Assembly (NCBI RefSeq): GCF_006345805.1
Contig: NC_042997.1
Location: 65,720,001 to 65,784,000 of the forward strand
Direction: 5' to 3'
DNA: 64,000 nucleotides
Source of the DNA: Octopus sinensis
Lineage: Eukaryota
Under the pieces are notes generated by a model. The model was not told the DNA's origin and did no database searches. It saw only the letters and a list, made by a program, of their open reading frames with translations. The stretch's first letter is position 1; each line of letters begins with the position of its first letter. Below, piece after piece: positions 25,353 to 39,451 of this stretch. The position numbers were made by a program, and so were the translations under genes.

Positions 25353-25925
25353 TATATACACATATAAAAAGTAAAAAGTAAAAAGTAAAAGTGTCAAAAG
25401 GAAGAATAAGTACGGTTAACCGCTACAAACGTTTCGATATACAGATATATATATATATATATAAATGTAAATATATCTGTAAATGCATATATAAAAATGT
25501 ATGTGTATATATATAAATATATATATATATGTATATGTATATGTACATGTGTATGTGTTTGAGTGCGCGTGTGTGTGGGAGTGTGTATGTGTATGTGTGC
25601 GTAAACTATTGTTTTTGGTTTTCATATATTTCTTTTTCTTACTTCCTGCTCTTCCACATTCTCACTCACTATTTTCCTTTCTCTCTCCCCCCCCTCTCTC
25701 TCTCTCACTCTCTGCGGATTTGATAAATTCCTTTTGACAATCCGACTTGATATCTGAATAGATGTGTAATATCACTTCTGAAAACAAACAGTTTTGTAGC
25801 TACTCATTCTTTTTTCTCCAATAACATTTTTTGCACAGGTTTTTTTTTTCTTTTTTTCGAGGTTACAAGTAAACGCATTCTCTAAACTAGTCACCACGCA
25901 TACGCTCCACACACAGACACATATA

Positions 25926-25995
<70 letters not shown>

Positions 25996-26447
25996 AGCAT
26001 ATACACGCAAAAAAGGGCAAACATATACACGCCTGTGCATGCATATGTTTTTATATATGCATATACATACACAGATGCATACACACATCCGTACGCACAA
26101 ACATACTCAGATACACACACACATATATATATATATATATGTATATATTATGAATACCTATGTACGTAAGTATTTCTACAAAATATATATATATATATAT
26201 AATATATATATATTGAATGCCTGTAATTGCATACTTTTAGACATCCATTTATATAAATTCATAGAATCACTTAAATGAAGTAGACTCTCAGACATGTTAT
26301 ACACCTGAGTGTTTAAATATATGCGTATATATAAATAGATATATAGGTATGCGTATGCGAAACATTTGTCACATAAGTATGGTGGTATATAAGCGTTTAC
26401 TCCTGTTTACGTACATAACCATACATAAATACATAAATATATATAAA

Positions 26448-27825
<1,378 letters not shown>

Positions 27826-28492
27826 AGCATGTATGTATGTGTAGATAGATATGTGTGTGTATGTGTGTATGTATACCTATATATGTCTATCAGGCGCATA
27901 TATACATTATATACATAAATATATTTTGGAGATATAGATACATATTCATTTATATTTTACAAATATAAGTAAAGGTATATATATATAAACATGATACATG
28001 AATCTGTATATGTATGGATTGTAACTTTGTTATAAATCATACATAAATATATGCGTACATATGTGTATACGTGTTTAATGTGTAGATGTGTATGTGTGTG
28101 AAAGGCGCGCGCGCGTGTGTGTGTATGTTGAAATATTACAGAAGAGTTTCCAATATTACAATGGATTTATGATTGATTCTAGTTTCAGCTCACGAGCTGC
28201 GGCCATGCTGGGGCACCGCCATTTGGTGTTGCTACATGTTTTTAGAAGAAAATGTTGCAAAACGTCTGCGTAGCACCTGCAGATTCTGCATAGGAAATGC
28301 ATGTCCAAGCTTTATTTCACCTAGACAGACAGACAGACAGACAGATAGACAGATTGACAGATAGATACTGACATGCATGTTAAATGTACTACATAAGTAT
28401 GTTTTTTTTTATTTCTGTTTGTATTTGAATAAATTTGTAAATTTTTACACGATAAACCTATTTGTATCTTAGTAGTACTAACATTTTATAAA

Positions 28493-28556
<64 letters not shown>

Positions 28557-28559
<3 letters not shown>

Positions 28560-28722
28560 GACGGGCTTCTTTTCAGTTTCTGTCTACCAAATCCACTCAT
28601 AAGGCTTTGGTCGGCCCGAGACTATAATAGAAGCCACTTGCCCAAGATGCCACGCAGTGGGACTGAACCCGGAACCATGTTGTTGGGAAGTAAGCTTCTT
28701 ACCACAGAGCCACTCCTGCGAC
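28557..28722 (-). mobile_element. SINE family A head and core
   Basis: Homologous to 8805-8974. Confidence 0.8.
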
Positions 28723-29058
28723 TGTACCTTATATTCATAATTTAGGTTAGTTGAAATATGCTTGTCATATAGCTCAACTGCTAAAGGCAAATACACTGCA
28801 GTTACGGAGAAAACTCTCTCTCAGGACAAAAAGGTGTGAAAACACGCAGTTCGTTCAATGTCGCCATCTCTCGGGAATCTCAGACATCAATGTTTCGGTG
28901 TTTATTGACTCTTGTCGAAGAGATGTACCTCAGAGAGTCAGCTCTGAATGAACTAAATAAAGCTTGTAGCTTTGTACATAATCCAGCCAACACGGTGACT
29001 GATTTGCGCCAGTAGATCGCCCGATCGAGAAAAATAACGAAGTAATGGCGCAAAGCAG

Positions 29059-29104
<46 letters not shown>

Positions 29105-29750
29105 TCTTATCGTCTTCCAAGTTGGATCCTCTGACGTCAGTGCACTTCTTGTACCGCTCCAGCTACTATTTGAAGACCCTATGGACGTCCGCAAAAGTAA
29201 AGGTGTCTAGGCCTCTTGGCACAACCTCCTTCAGCTTCTTCAGCTTCAGGAATAACCAAATGTCACAGGGAGCAAATTCTGGACTGTAGAAAGGGAAAGA
29301 AACATGTGAGACAGATTTAATACCCATCTGTATCGAGTATTTGGTTGCTAGGATAGGATTATGGAATAGTGGAGGTACTCTGGCTTTTTGCAATGAAATC
29401 TCTGCTTGGACTCCCTCAAAATCTCCACAAATTACTCTTAGTTGACCGTCAGGCCAGAGGAAACTCTGTGAATGTAAATGACGCTATTGTTGTCAAAAAA
29501 GGGGTTCATCATGAAATTTCCTGTGAACTTGCTTTGCTTGGCACCTTGTGTCAACGAAAAGCAGTCTTCAGTACTTCATATGTTTCTGTATCGTTTAACA
29601 CAAAACTTTATTGCATTGCGAGCTTCCAAATTCTCTTTATGCTCGGGCTGAATTCTGTAAACTAGTCAGCTGTGACAACCAGTTTTTTGTAGGGTAGGCA
29701 TCGAGTGCTGTTAATAGTCGTCTCCTTCAATCTGGAATAAAAAAAAGTTG
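29105..29750 (-). mobile_element. Deleted mariner derivative (transposase C-terminus)
   Basis: FPFYSPEFAPCDIWLFLKLK matches the mariner YSPDLAP motif; LDTFTFADVHRVFK follows. Confidence 0.75.
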
Positions 29751-30504
29751 GGCGGTCAGCTTATTGGATGTATAGTAATGACATACTAAAATTATAATAA
29801 TCAGCGACAACTATAACTCTACTAAAATTGTCACAAAATACACCTCGTACGTATATACGTTCTAATGCTTGTTTATATGCGTGTATATGACTATATGCCC
29901 AAATGTGTTTACATGAACTTGTTACAGGCCTAAACTTTTAGGTGATTTGTATATTTTCACATATTTGTTAAAGTTTGTAATTGTATTTTCTTAACTTCGT
30001 CGTTTCCTTTCTAGTTTTTTGAACTACAGATTGTTGAGATTATTTCTGAAGTAAACAACTACACATACAAGTACTCTAATAATTGCAGTAGTAACTACGA
30101 ATTTCTCCCTTCTTTCGCATGGTTATTTCCTTGCTTATTAATATTTAATATCATATTAACATCTACTAGAAAACTGATATCCTTTACCGTGCCCAATTCT
30201 TTTACTCTATTTCAAATCATTGGATCCGTTCTGTCGAATGTACATTTTTACTGGGTCTTGATGAGAACTCTCCACCAGCAATCTTTCATATTATGAAAGG
30301 TCATGCGTTCCATATTACTGTAGCTTATGTATTTTTATTCTCACGATTTATATTGTGCAATGACTTGGTCATGACAACATTGTGTCTCATAGATACATGA
30401 AACTGAGATGACATTTTCGGGCAGTTACCTTATGGTGTTGGTGTTATTCTTAGGATTAATTTCACAGAATGTTTTGGATTTGGTGTCATATCTATGTGGT
30501 TTAC

Positions 30505-30555
30505 CTTCTCCCCCTACCAAATTGCGCATCAGATATTCTGTTGTTATTTCTTTTC
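30505..30555 (-). CDS. Candidate isolated 51-nt exon, product unknown
   Basis: Acceptor tagttttgttcaacag and donor AAG/gtaaac; two frames open (KEITTEYLMRNLVGGE or KRNNNRISDAQFGRGR). No homology recognised. Confidence 0.2.
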
Positions 30556-31987
30556 CTGTTGAACAAAACTAAATCAAAACAAAATGCTATATTAAAATAA
30601 ATAAAACTAATTTTTCACCTCAAGCATCTAGAAGTTTATAATTAAAATCAAAATTTGCGTCTGTTTATATTATATTACATATTACTCTGTCAACAGCAAG
30701 TCGTTGATATATCGCTTGCTGATTATATCTTTTCTGTTCGTTTGTTCGTCAGTTATGCAGTTTAATCTATTATGCTATACATTAGAGCTTTGCCTTATTC
30801 TATGCAGTCTTTTTCCGTAATTTACTTTTATCACTTCCCATCTTTCTATATATGTACATATATGTATGTGTATGTGTGTGCGCTAGTGTGTGTGTGTGAA
30901 TGTGTGTTTGTATGTGTGAGTGTTTGTTGTTATCGGTAAGTTAAATTATTACTCTAGATAATTTATCAAATTATGAAACAAAGCATGCAAATTTGTAAGT
31001 AAACGGTTTCGATTACAACAAAAACCAATAAAAATTTATATTACAGAATTAATGCTCAACGATTTTAAATAATTGTTTTAAATATGAATTTACAAAATTA
31101 ATGTTTTGATTATAATTTTAATTAATTAAGGATAAAATGCATATACTTCATTCAGATTTGTTGGCATTAGTTGGGGAAAACAACATATTTCTTAGAAAAT
31201 GAAAACTAAATAAACCTGGACCAAGGGAAACAACTAAATCTTTTTACAACAAATGTTCCTTGGGAATATCATTCATTATACAATGTAAATGCAATGTATA
31301 TAATAATAGGGTTTATACATTTACTATAGGTCATTTAAACAAACAAACACTGGTTGTTAATGCAAAATTTATAAAATCATCTTTGGTATTAATTGTATTT
31401 TACAATCTGGACATATAATCGAAACAATAATACACTATAATTAGAATAAGGTTTCAAAGAGATTGGCGATTAAGAGTTATCAATTATATTAAAACAAAAA
31501 TGTCTACAGATAGGTTATTAATGTAGAGGTGAAGTAGGATAAGTTTCGCTGTGCAGTTTATTTTTAATGAAATTAAACTCAACAATGGACGATTTATTTT
31601 TGAAACTATGTATGTATGTAAATTTTATGCCTAGAGGAAATTCTTCGATGGGGTTATTAATGAATCTAAAAGGTGAATGATTCTACTGCAGGAAAAATTC
31701 ACCTTTTGTAATAAATATAATGTTGTATGTAATGTAATTAATACTTGAACTTCAAAGAATTAACTATGAAATAGCAAATGTATTAAACGCGCTGATATTG
31801 AAAGTTTCAACGACTAGGTTTCATTAGAAAGTGAAAATAGCTTCACACTTTCAATTGCAACCAAAATTACAGTGTTCGATTATGAAACTGATGATGTGTG
31901 AATAATGAAAGTAGTGTTTCTCCGAAGTAGTCACATCTGTATCATAATAAAGGAAGTTTCTTAGGCGATCTTTCGTTTTGATTTGCA

Positions 31988-32438
31988 GAGCTGTCGTCTG
32001 CGTTCGATAAATTCCGTAATATTTATTTATTTACTTTTGTTTAAAATCAAAGACAGGAGAAAATGAAAGATGTACGCGCATATGAAATAGACGTGTATGA
32101 GAGAGAGAAAGAGAGAGGAAGGGAGAAAGAGAGCGACTGAAAGAATGTGTTGTCATGTATACGTACATACTTCAATACATATGCATACATCTCTTTTGTA
32201 TGTACATGTGCGTGTGTGTGAGAGAGAGAGAGTGAGTGTACGTGTGTTCTCATGTGTCTATAAATGACACACACACACACGCTCACACACTCACACACAC
32301 GTACACACGCACACGTCCATTTCATATACGCGTTCATGCATTTTTCATTTTTCCTCTCTTTCTCTTTAAAACAAAAGTAAATAAATAAAAAATGTTACGG
32401 AAATTAACGAACAAAACAGCTGATCCAGATGACAGTTC
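31988..32438. mobile_element. Foldback element with about 110-125 bp imperfect arms around a GA/CA microsatellite core
   Basis: 31988-32096 aligns to the reverse complement of 32311-32438 (TTCCGTAA, TTATTTATTTACTTTTGTTT, ATATGAAAT.GACGTGT). Confidence 0.75.
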
Positions 32439-32639
32439 ATTGACAACTTTGTCAGTTATAATGAAACAGCCGCTGCTTATTAACTATCAACCAAATAAAC
32501 TATGCTTTTCACTCAACAAATCCTTTTCACAACCAGAATAAACTCGGCAACTACACAGGTCGCACAGTTCAAAACTGTGATTAGTGAAATGCAGAATTAG
32601 GTCGGCTGATCGTGATAATCAAATGTTGATCGCTTCTGC

Positions 32640-33160
32640 TGGTGGTATGGGATATTTCCCTTGGGTGGTTTAAATAAAATATTAGTAATATGAAGTAGAT
32701 AGAAGTATCTGTTGGAAGGGCCCTATTATCGATTTTTTCAACAATCTAAGTATGTCACGAGATTTTCAGGCATGCGTTTTATTCACATGTCAACTATAAA
32801 AGTGATATTGTCTGCAAAAATTAGAAATAGGACACACAAAATATCAATATTCAAATTAATTGAACATAAACAATGAAATGGGTTATTTCCCTTGAGTGTT
32901 TAAAAATATTGTATCGGTGCTATGGGTTATTTCCCTTGGGTGTTTAAAAAAAAATAGTTATAGGAGGTAGATATAAAGGTCCCTTTCAGGAGCCGTATTA
33001 TCGATATTTTTCAACAATCTAAGTACGTCACAAGATATCCAGACATGAGTTCTACTCACGTGTCAAGTTTCATCAAAATCAATAAAACGATGTAGGAGGA
33101 GTTAGCTAACAACGCCACAAACAAATACACACCGATTTTCCACACACGTGGTATATATAT
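32640..33160 (-). mobile_element. Probable non-autonomous Helitron-like fragment with internal subrepeats
   Basis: Minus strand TTTGTTTGT..CTAACTCCTCCTAC..GATTTTGATGAAACTTG resembles Helitron 5' regions; about 270-bp diverged direct repeat and three ATGGG.TATTTCCCTTG motifs. No clear CTAG end. Confidence 0.4.
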
Positions 33161-33262
33161 ACCGCTCTTAACCACTACGCCATAAGCCCGTGAGCATATG
33201 GTGTAATGGATAAGAGCGCGGGCTTCTAACCTCAAGATTCCGAGTTCGATTCCAGGCAGTGA

Positions 33263-33324
<62 letters not shown>

Positions 33325-33348
33325 GTAATAATAATAATGATAATAATG

Positions 33349-33390
<42 letters not shown>

Positions 33391-33391
<1 letters not shown>

Positions 33392-33480
33392 CCTTATCAG
33401 ACGGGTAGTCATGATGGGTATACAGGGCTTCGTATATTTACCCCAGTGTCACTTTGATGGCATGCACTGCTCTCTCACTC
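33391..33480 (+). mobile_element. 90-bp insertion inside (AAT)n, probably a LINE 3' tip
   Basis: Unique 90 bp flanked on both sides by AAT repeats; LINE origin is inferred. Confidence 0.5.
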
Positions 33481-33543
33481 AATAATAATAATAATATCGA
33501 AAAATACCTTAGGAATGAGAATCCCTGTTCGAAATTTCCTCAA

Positions 33544-33589
33544 GATATCTGAGGAAGGCTGGAGTGTATATCAGCCGAAACGTTGTGTT
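33544..33589 (+). ncRNA. Minimal type I hammerhead ribozyme-like motif
   Basis: Stem I GAUAU/GUGUU (wobble-rich), core CUGAGGA plus extra A, stem II GGCUG/CAGCC, GAA, palindromic stem III ACGU, GUU cleavage triplet. Confidence 0.6.
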
Positions 33590-33938
33590 ATCAACAAATA
33601 AGATGAGGACAAATATCCGTCGAATGTAAATAAAGTACATAATGTCAATAAAACCTTTACAGCTTTATTGTACCAGTATAAATAGCCTTGTTAATCGATA
33701 ACAGAGATTATTTTCCGAAGCACCTAATGGCTTTCTACGAGAAAATTCATAGAAATTTAGTTCCAGCGAATTTGTCTCATCTTAGAGACAAAACTTTCAG
33801 AATATCAAATCATTTAAAACAATTATATTCCAATTTGTTATAATTTATTCCTCACACATCCACTCTTGTCAATTATATTAGTATGTATCTTCTAACATAT
33901 ATATCCTATTACTTTTCATTATTATTGTGATAGAAAAA

Positions 33939-34160
33939 TGGCGGCGTGCTGGCAGAAACGTTAACATGCCGGGCGAAATGCTTAGCAGTATTTCGTCTGT
34001 TTTCATATTCTGAGTTCAAATTCCGCCTAGGTCGACTTTGCCTTTCATCCTTTCGGGGTCGATAAATTAAGTACCAGTTGCGTACTGGGATCGATCTAAT
34101 CGACTGGCACCCTCCCCCGAAATTTCGGGCCTTGTGTCTTGAGTAGAAAGGATTATTACT
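33939..34160 (+). mobile_element. SINE family B
   Basis: Well-conserved head, core and AGTAGAAAGGATTATT tail. Confidence 0.85.
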
Positions 34161-34169
34161 CTGATAGAA

Positions 34170-34350
34170 TGAGGCGGTAAGCAGGCAGAACCGTTAGCTC
34201 GCTGGACAAAATGCTGAGCGACATTTCATCCGTCTTTACGTTCTGAGTTCAATTTCTTCCAGCAAGTTTTACTTTGCCTTTCATCTTCATAAAATGATTA
34301 TCAGTCGAGAACTGAGCGATATAATCGATTTACCCACTCCTCCAAAATTT
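34170..34350 (+). mobile_element. SINE family B, degenerate
   Basis: Head and core recognisable. Confidence 0.7.
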
Positions 34351-34419
34351 CTGACCACTATTAATCTGATAGAATATGTATTAAACATAAAGATCGTTAC
34401 CATTAACCACAAAATTATA

Positions 34420-34557
34420 TTCATCCCCACTTAAATGTGGATGTTCTGTTAGAACAGACTATACAACAGGAGATACCTTGAGAGAAACTCTCAAGGCAAT
34501 ATGAGAGTTCCTCCCATGGTATCTACTACAGAACATCCATGTTTAAGTGGGGACAAA
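34420..34557. mobile_element. 138-bp MITE with about 33-bp TIRs, TA flanks and an internal 9-bp hairpin
   Basis: TCCCCACTTAAATGTGGATGTTCTGT versus ACAGAACATCCATGTTTAAGTGGGGA; internal CCTTGAGAG-aaa-CTCTCAAGG. Confidence 0.7.
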
Positions 34558-34574
34558 TATTGGCTTAAAATTTT

Positions 34575-34745
34575 GGCGAGAGGCCAGCAATTGGGGAGGG
34601 TATGTAAGTCGATTACATCGACTCCAGAGGTCAACTAATACTTATTTTATTGAGCCTGATAGGATGAAATGCAAGGTCGACCTCGGTGGAATTTGATCTC
34701 AGAAAGTAAGGACGGGCAAAATGTGGCTAACGATTTTGCTAGCTC
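34575..34745 (-). mobile_element. SINE family B
   Basis: Reverse-complement core GGTCGACCTCGGTGGAATTTGA. Confidence 0.75.
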
Positions 34746-34869
34746 ATCTACTTCTCAGTGTTAATCCTACCTTTGTCACTAATATATATTTTTAACAAAA
34801 TTATATTTCCACGAACACAGTTCATTCTTTCTGTCATTCAACTTTCCATTTTTGTAATAATTATTTTTA

Positions 34870-35070
34870 ATTTAGGCACGAGGCTCACAGCTTGGAGAGG
34901 TGGAGGTGAGTTGATACCATCGAACACAGTATTTGAATGGAACTTTATTTTGTCCACCACGAAGGGATGGAATGCAAAGTTGACAACGGCAGAATTTAAA
35001 ACCGAGAACAGAGCCGGAAAAACTACAGCGATGAATTTCTTCCAACTCTCTAACAATTCTGCCAACTCAC
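34870..35070 (-). mobile_element. SINE family B, degenerate
   Basis: Reverse-complement core AAAGTTGACAACGGCAGAATTT and head. Confidence 0.65.
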
Positions 35071-35876
35071 AACCATTTTTGTAATAAAACATGGAGATTA
35101 TATAAAATACCAACAGATAAACCCAGATCTTCGATTTTATGCTTTTATATAATTATCTAAACTTAGATTCAATTATTGTCCACCATTCTTATTTTTATTT
35201 AATTACTAAATTTATAACTTACAAATTCCTATGAAACCATCAATTTATTAAGCTTCATTAAATTCACGTTACTGTAGTAAATTCGATTACAACATGTTTT
35301 TTTACTGCCTGTAATTAAACTGATTACATGTTCTTACACCCTGCATTCGTTTCAAATTATACATCTTTTACACCTACACATTCAAACTCCTAATCTTTTG
35401 TTTAAATTTCAACTTTCTTGTTTACTATCTCTATTTTAATCCACTTAAATATTACATTATACTTTTCTTGTCTAGATTACATTTAAATGTATTCACTTTC
35501 AAACTTTCTTTTACTTTGATAACGTGTTTTATTTACATTATTTTATTGTATAATGCCATTGTCTCAACATATACGAAAATTCTCTAAGTAACATGTAATT
35601 TAAACGCAAACATTTTACTGATGTAATCCAAATCTGTAAAATATATTCATATTTTAAAATATTTTTTTACATTAAAATATCAGCATTACATTAACATACA
35701 CCAAAGTGCTATATATATAATAACATGTAATTTATACACATGCATTATTCTTTATAACACAATTCTGTAAAAGATAATGATATTTTCTGATATGCATGTT
35801 TTATATTCAACTTGTTGTACACTTCGGCAAATATACTGTAATCTGCATATGCCCTTATTCAAAGTTGTGACTTCCT

Positions 35877-35907
<31 letters not shown>

Positions 35908-36112
35908 CCTCAAAATGTGACCGCGTGTGTACCGTTGACGATTTTCTTTTCCTCTGTCTTCCCTTCTCTGGATCTTTCCTTCTCCTTTGTTTCCGACGAA
36001 GAGCTCCGCTCGAAACGTTAAACCCTCTTTCTTCCCTTCCTTCCTGAGCGTCCAATAATACTATATTTGTTCCACGTCCTCGCGTTGTTGTGTTTTCATG
36101 TTTGGATTAACT
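35908..36112 (+). mobile_element. Solo Penelope pLTR-like element between (TA)n tracts
   Basis: About 200-bp pyrimidine-rich unit carrying a minimal hammerhead motif, (TA)n on both sides. Confidence 0.6.
35989..36023 (+). ncRNA. Minimal type I hammerhead ribozyme-like motif (U4 to C variant)
   Basis: GUUU-CCGACGA-A-GAGC-ucc-GCUC-GAA-ACGU-U-AAAC: stems I and II are perfectly paired and stem III is palindromic. Confidence 0.65.
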
Positions 36113-37469
36113 TTATATATATATATATATATATACATCTTTCACATTAATGTTGCCTTATAACCTTACAATTATTTATATTTTAGCTTCTATTCCGATA
36201 TTTTCGGGTTTTTTTTATATTTTATGTCAATTTGATATCATATGCTCTCTGTACGGTTTTTCTTTTCTTTGGAGTTTTGATTAAACATTAAGTTCGTTTC
36301 AACGTGCACTAGAATGCTCTCGGTGACAACTTGCACTTTACATACATGCATACATACTATTGATTTGTCTCAAATTTGTAACAGCCAGTGTTATTTTATG
36401 TAGGTTTTGTGATATTTCTTTAATAAAAATATGACTCAAAATAAAACCAATTCGATTTTTACCTGTATAATATTCTAAACTTTTATGCCACTATATATAA
36501 AGATTTTCAAATTAAAATATTTCAAAATACCACCTTCTTATTATCAAACACTGATCACCAGAAAGACTTACTCTCGCCGTAATGCTTATATACATGTCCG
36601 TACATTTTGGAAATCTGATGTCTACTGTTCATATCAATTTAATTTTACAAAATAAAATAATATTTCTTTCCATTTGGTAATAAATTCGACATGTTACTGG
36701 GAATTTTTCTTTTTTCTTTCAACAGAATTCACAACTAATCGTTAAACTGCCGAATACTTGCTCTAAATATAGTTTATTTGCTTTTCTTTATATATATATC
36801 TTCATTATATTATATAAATACTTCTCAATATAATTTTTATGAAAGCAACCAAATATTGTTTTCTTCAAGTGACCTGTGTTAAATGAATAAATTCCATAAA
36901 AAATATAAAAGCATGTATGTATGTATGTATATAGATAGATATAGATATATATGCATATATATACATATATATATATATTGTGTGTGCGTGTGTGTATATA
37001 TATATGTATACATATATATATATGTATATATGTGTATATATATATATATATATTATATATATATATATATTATATATATATATATATATATACGATATAC
37101 ATTTGTTTTCAAAAAAGTTTGTTGAAATTTTGGTCTAGGCTTATTAACTTAATTCAAATTCATTTATATTAAATGTGAAATTATATTATTACTTTTTCAT
37201 CGCTTTCAAAACAGGTTCTTTTTTAATTAATATTGTAAATTATTTTATAAAGTAAATAAATCGTACCGTTAACTGATTTAAATTATAAGTTTAATTAAAA
37301 CATTAATTTTGTTTCAATATAAAAAAAAGTCTTTAAAAATCACAATAAAATAGATTAAACTACAAAAACCAACTTTTATTTAGTTTTTTGTTTGTGTATA
37401 TCTCTTACAAACAAAAACCCATGTTTCAAATTGTGAAAAAACGTTAGAATATTACCAATAAACACATAT

Positions 37470-37700
37470 TTCATTTATCTTTTACTTGTTTCAGGCATTA
37501 GACTGCGGCTATGGTGGGGCACTGCCTTCAAGAATCTTAGTCGAACAAATCGCTCCCAATACTTATTCATATTTTTTAAACCTGGTACTTATTTTATCGT
37601 CTCTTTAACCGAACCGCTATGTTACGGAGATATAAACACATCAACTCCGGTTGTGAAACGGTGGGGGGGGGAACAAACACAGATACAAAAATACACACAC
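37470..37700 (-). mobile_element. SINE family A tail
   Basis: Homologous to 8535-8740. Confidence 0.75.
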
Positions 37701-37758
37701 ATAAATACATAAATATATATATATACAAATATTTATGTGTGTGTATATATATATACAC

Positions 37759-37828
<70 letters not shown>

Positions 37829-37864
37829 TACATACATACATACATGCATACACACACACACACG

Positions 37865-37899
<35 letters not shown>

Positions 37900-37906
37900 T
37901 ATACAT

Positions 37907-39241
37907 AAAATCAAAATAAGTTGCAGGATATCAAGAAGTGCTTCAGTACGACCGTTTCATGCGGTTCCATTTAATTAAGCAATGCAATCATTACATTAAT
38001 TTAAATGCAAGGCACAAGTAAATAAATAGAATTTTAATTAGTCGGACCCATTAATACAATTTTACTCAAATACCTTAACAGATCACGAAGATGGAAGAAG
38101 TCCACGTTGTCGCTATTGTAGCTAATATATTACGCTTCCAAGAAATTCTATAAATTCTTATTATTTTGTTTTCTTACTTTGATATCCTTACCTATTAACC
38201 TCTTATCCCTATAAGTTGTTACTGTTCTTAAATAGAGATATACTTTCCAGTTACTTAAGTCTATGGGAGATGGTTATACTTTATCCATACAAACGTATGG
38301 ATATAGTATAATTTGTGTATCTGTGCATATGTGCAAATAGATAACTGTGTGTGTATCTGTACACAACATTATTTTTTCTGATTCTTAGTTTATAATTAAT
38401 ATATCGATAGCATATTTGTCTTTCCAGTACACCATAAGTAAATACCCAGAGCAGTCTTTATAGAAACCACCTAATAAGTAAATAATTAAGTGCATGAATG
38501 AATATTAAACTGATTCTATGTAATCTTTTCTTTTTAATGTTGAAAATTGATATATATACAGATTTTATCTATTTTGGTTATGACATCATTTTTGATAATC
38601 TTAAATTTTATCTGATTACAACATAATAATATTGTTTATAAACAATCACCCATAGTACCCCATGATAAAATTTCCTCTGTACTAGCATCACAAGTTTTAT
38701 TAGCGTCTTACCCCTTTAACTGGTAATTAACATCATGATTTTGGGTCTTCCCCTACCCAGCCTCCTTTATAGACAGTTACTTTACACCCAGTTTACTACT
38801 CATAAAATCTTGACAATATTTATGGCAATACCTAGCCATGAACTGTCAACTCACTCTTGCCCTTCATTCTAAAGGGACACGTTCCTCAGATCTTAGATTT
38901 AGTAGTTGATAAAAAGACTAATAAATTAAAAATGAACCACAATCCTTTACAAGCTATGACCCCAGTAAACTTCATGCATTTCTTGGAAGTGTAGTATATT
39001 CTTAGCTACAATAGCGACAACATAGATTTCGTCTACTTCGTGCTCTGTTAAAATATTTGAGTAAAATTATATTAATGTGTCCGAATGATTAAATTTCTAT
39101 ATATTTATTTATTTATTTGTGCAGGTGATGATAGCCCTGCATTTAAATTGATGTACTGATTGCATTGTACAATTAAATGGGGCCGCTTGAAAACGGTCGT
39201 ACTACATCACTTCTTGATATCCGGTTGCTTATTTTGATTTT
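37907..39241. mobile_element. 1.33-kb element with about 240-260 bp inverted arms; right arm carries a hammerhead-like motif
   Basis: 37907-38146 aligns to the reverse complement of 38978-39241; 39119-39207 reads gtgcag-GTGATGA-long stem II-GAAA-ACG gt CGT-A-ctacat. Confidence 0.75.
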
Positions 39242-39381
39242 GTTCACCTTACTTTGAGCTGTGCGGATAATACCGGCCTGACTTGGTACTTCAACTTAAG
39301 TACCTAATTCAAGTGAAACCCAATTAGTTCTTATATAATATATATATATATACATACATACATACATACATACGGCCACCC

Positions 39382-39439
<58 letters not shown>

Positions 39440-39451
<12 letters not shown>

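Larger units (their letters stand above)
33185..33645 (+). mobile_element. tRNA(Arg)-headed SINE-like element with (AAT)n spacer and hammerhead-like tail
   Basis: A-box TGGTGTAATGG (33199-33209), anticodon-loop-like CTTCTAA, B-box GAGTTCGATTCC (33242-33253), (AAT)n, then a tail with CTGAGGA-A-GGCTG/CAGCC-GAAACGTT (33549-33584). Confidence 0.7.

Noticed and set aside
33190-33266. Functional tRNA-Arg gene
   Set aside because: Acceptor and anticodon stems do not pair well and it is embedded in a repeat; treated as a SINE head. tRNAscan-SE would settle it.
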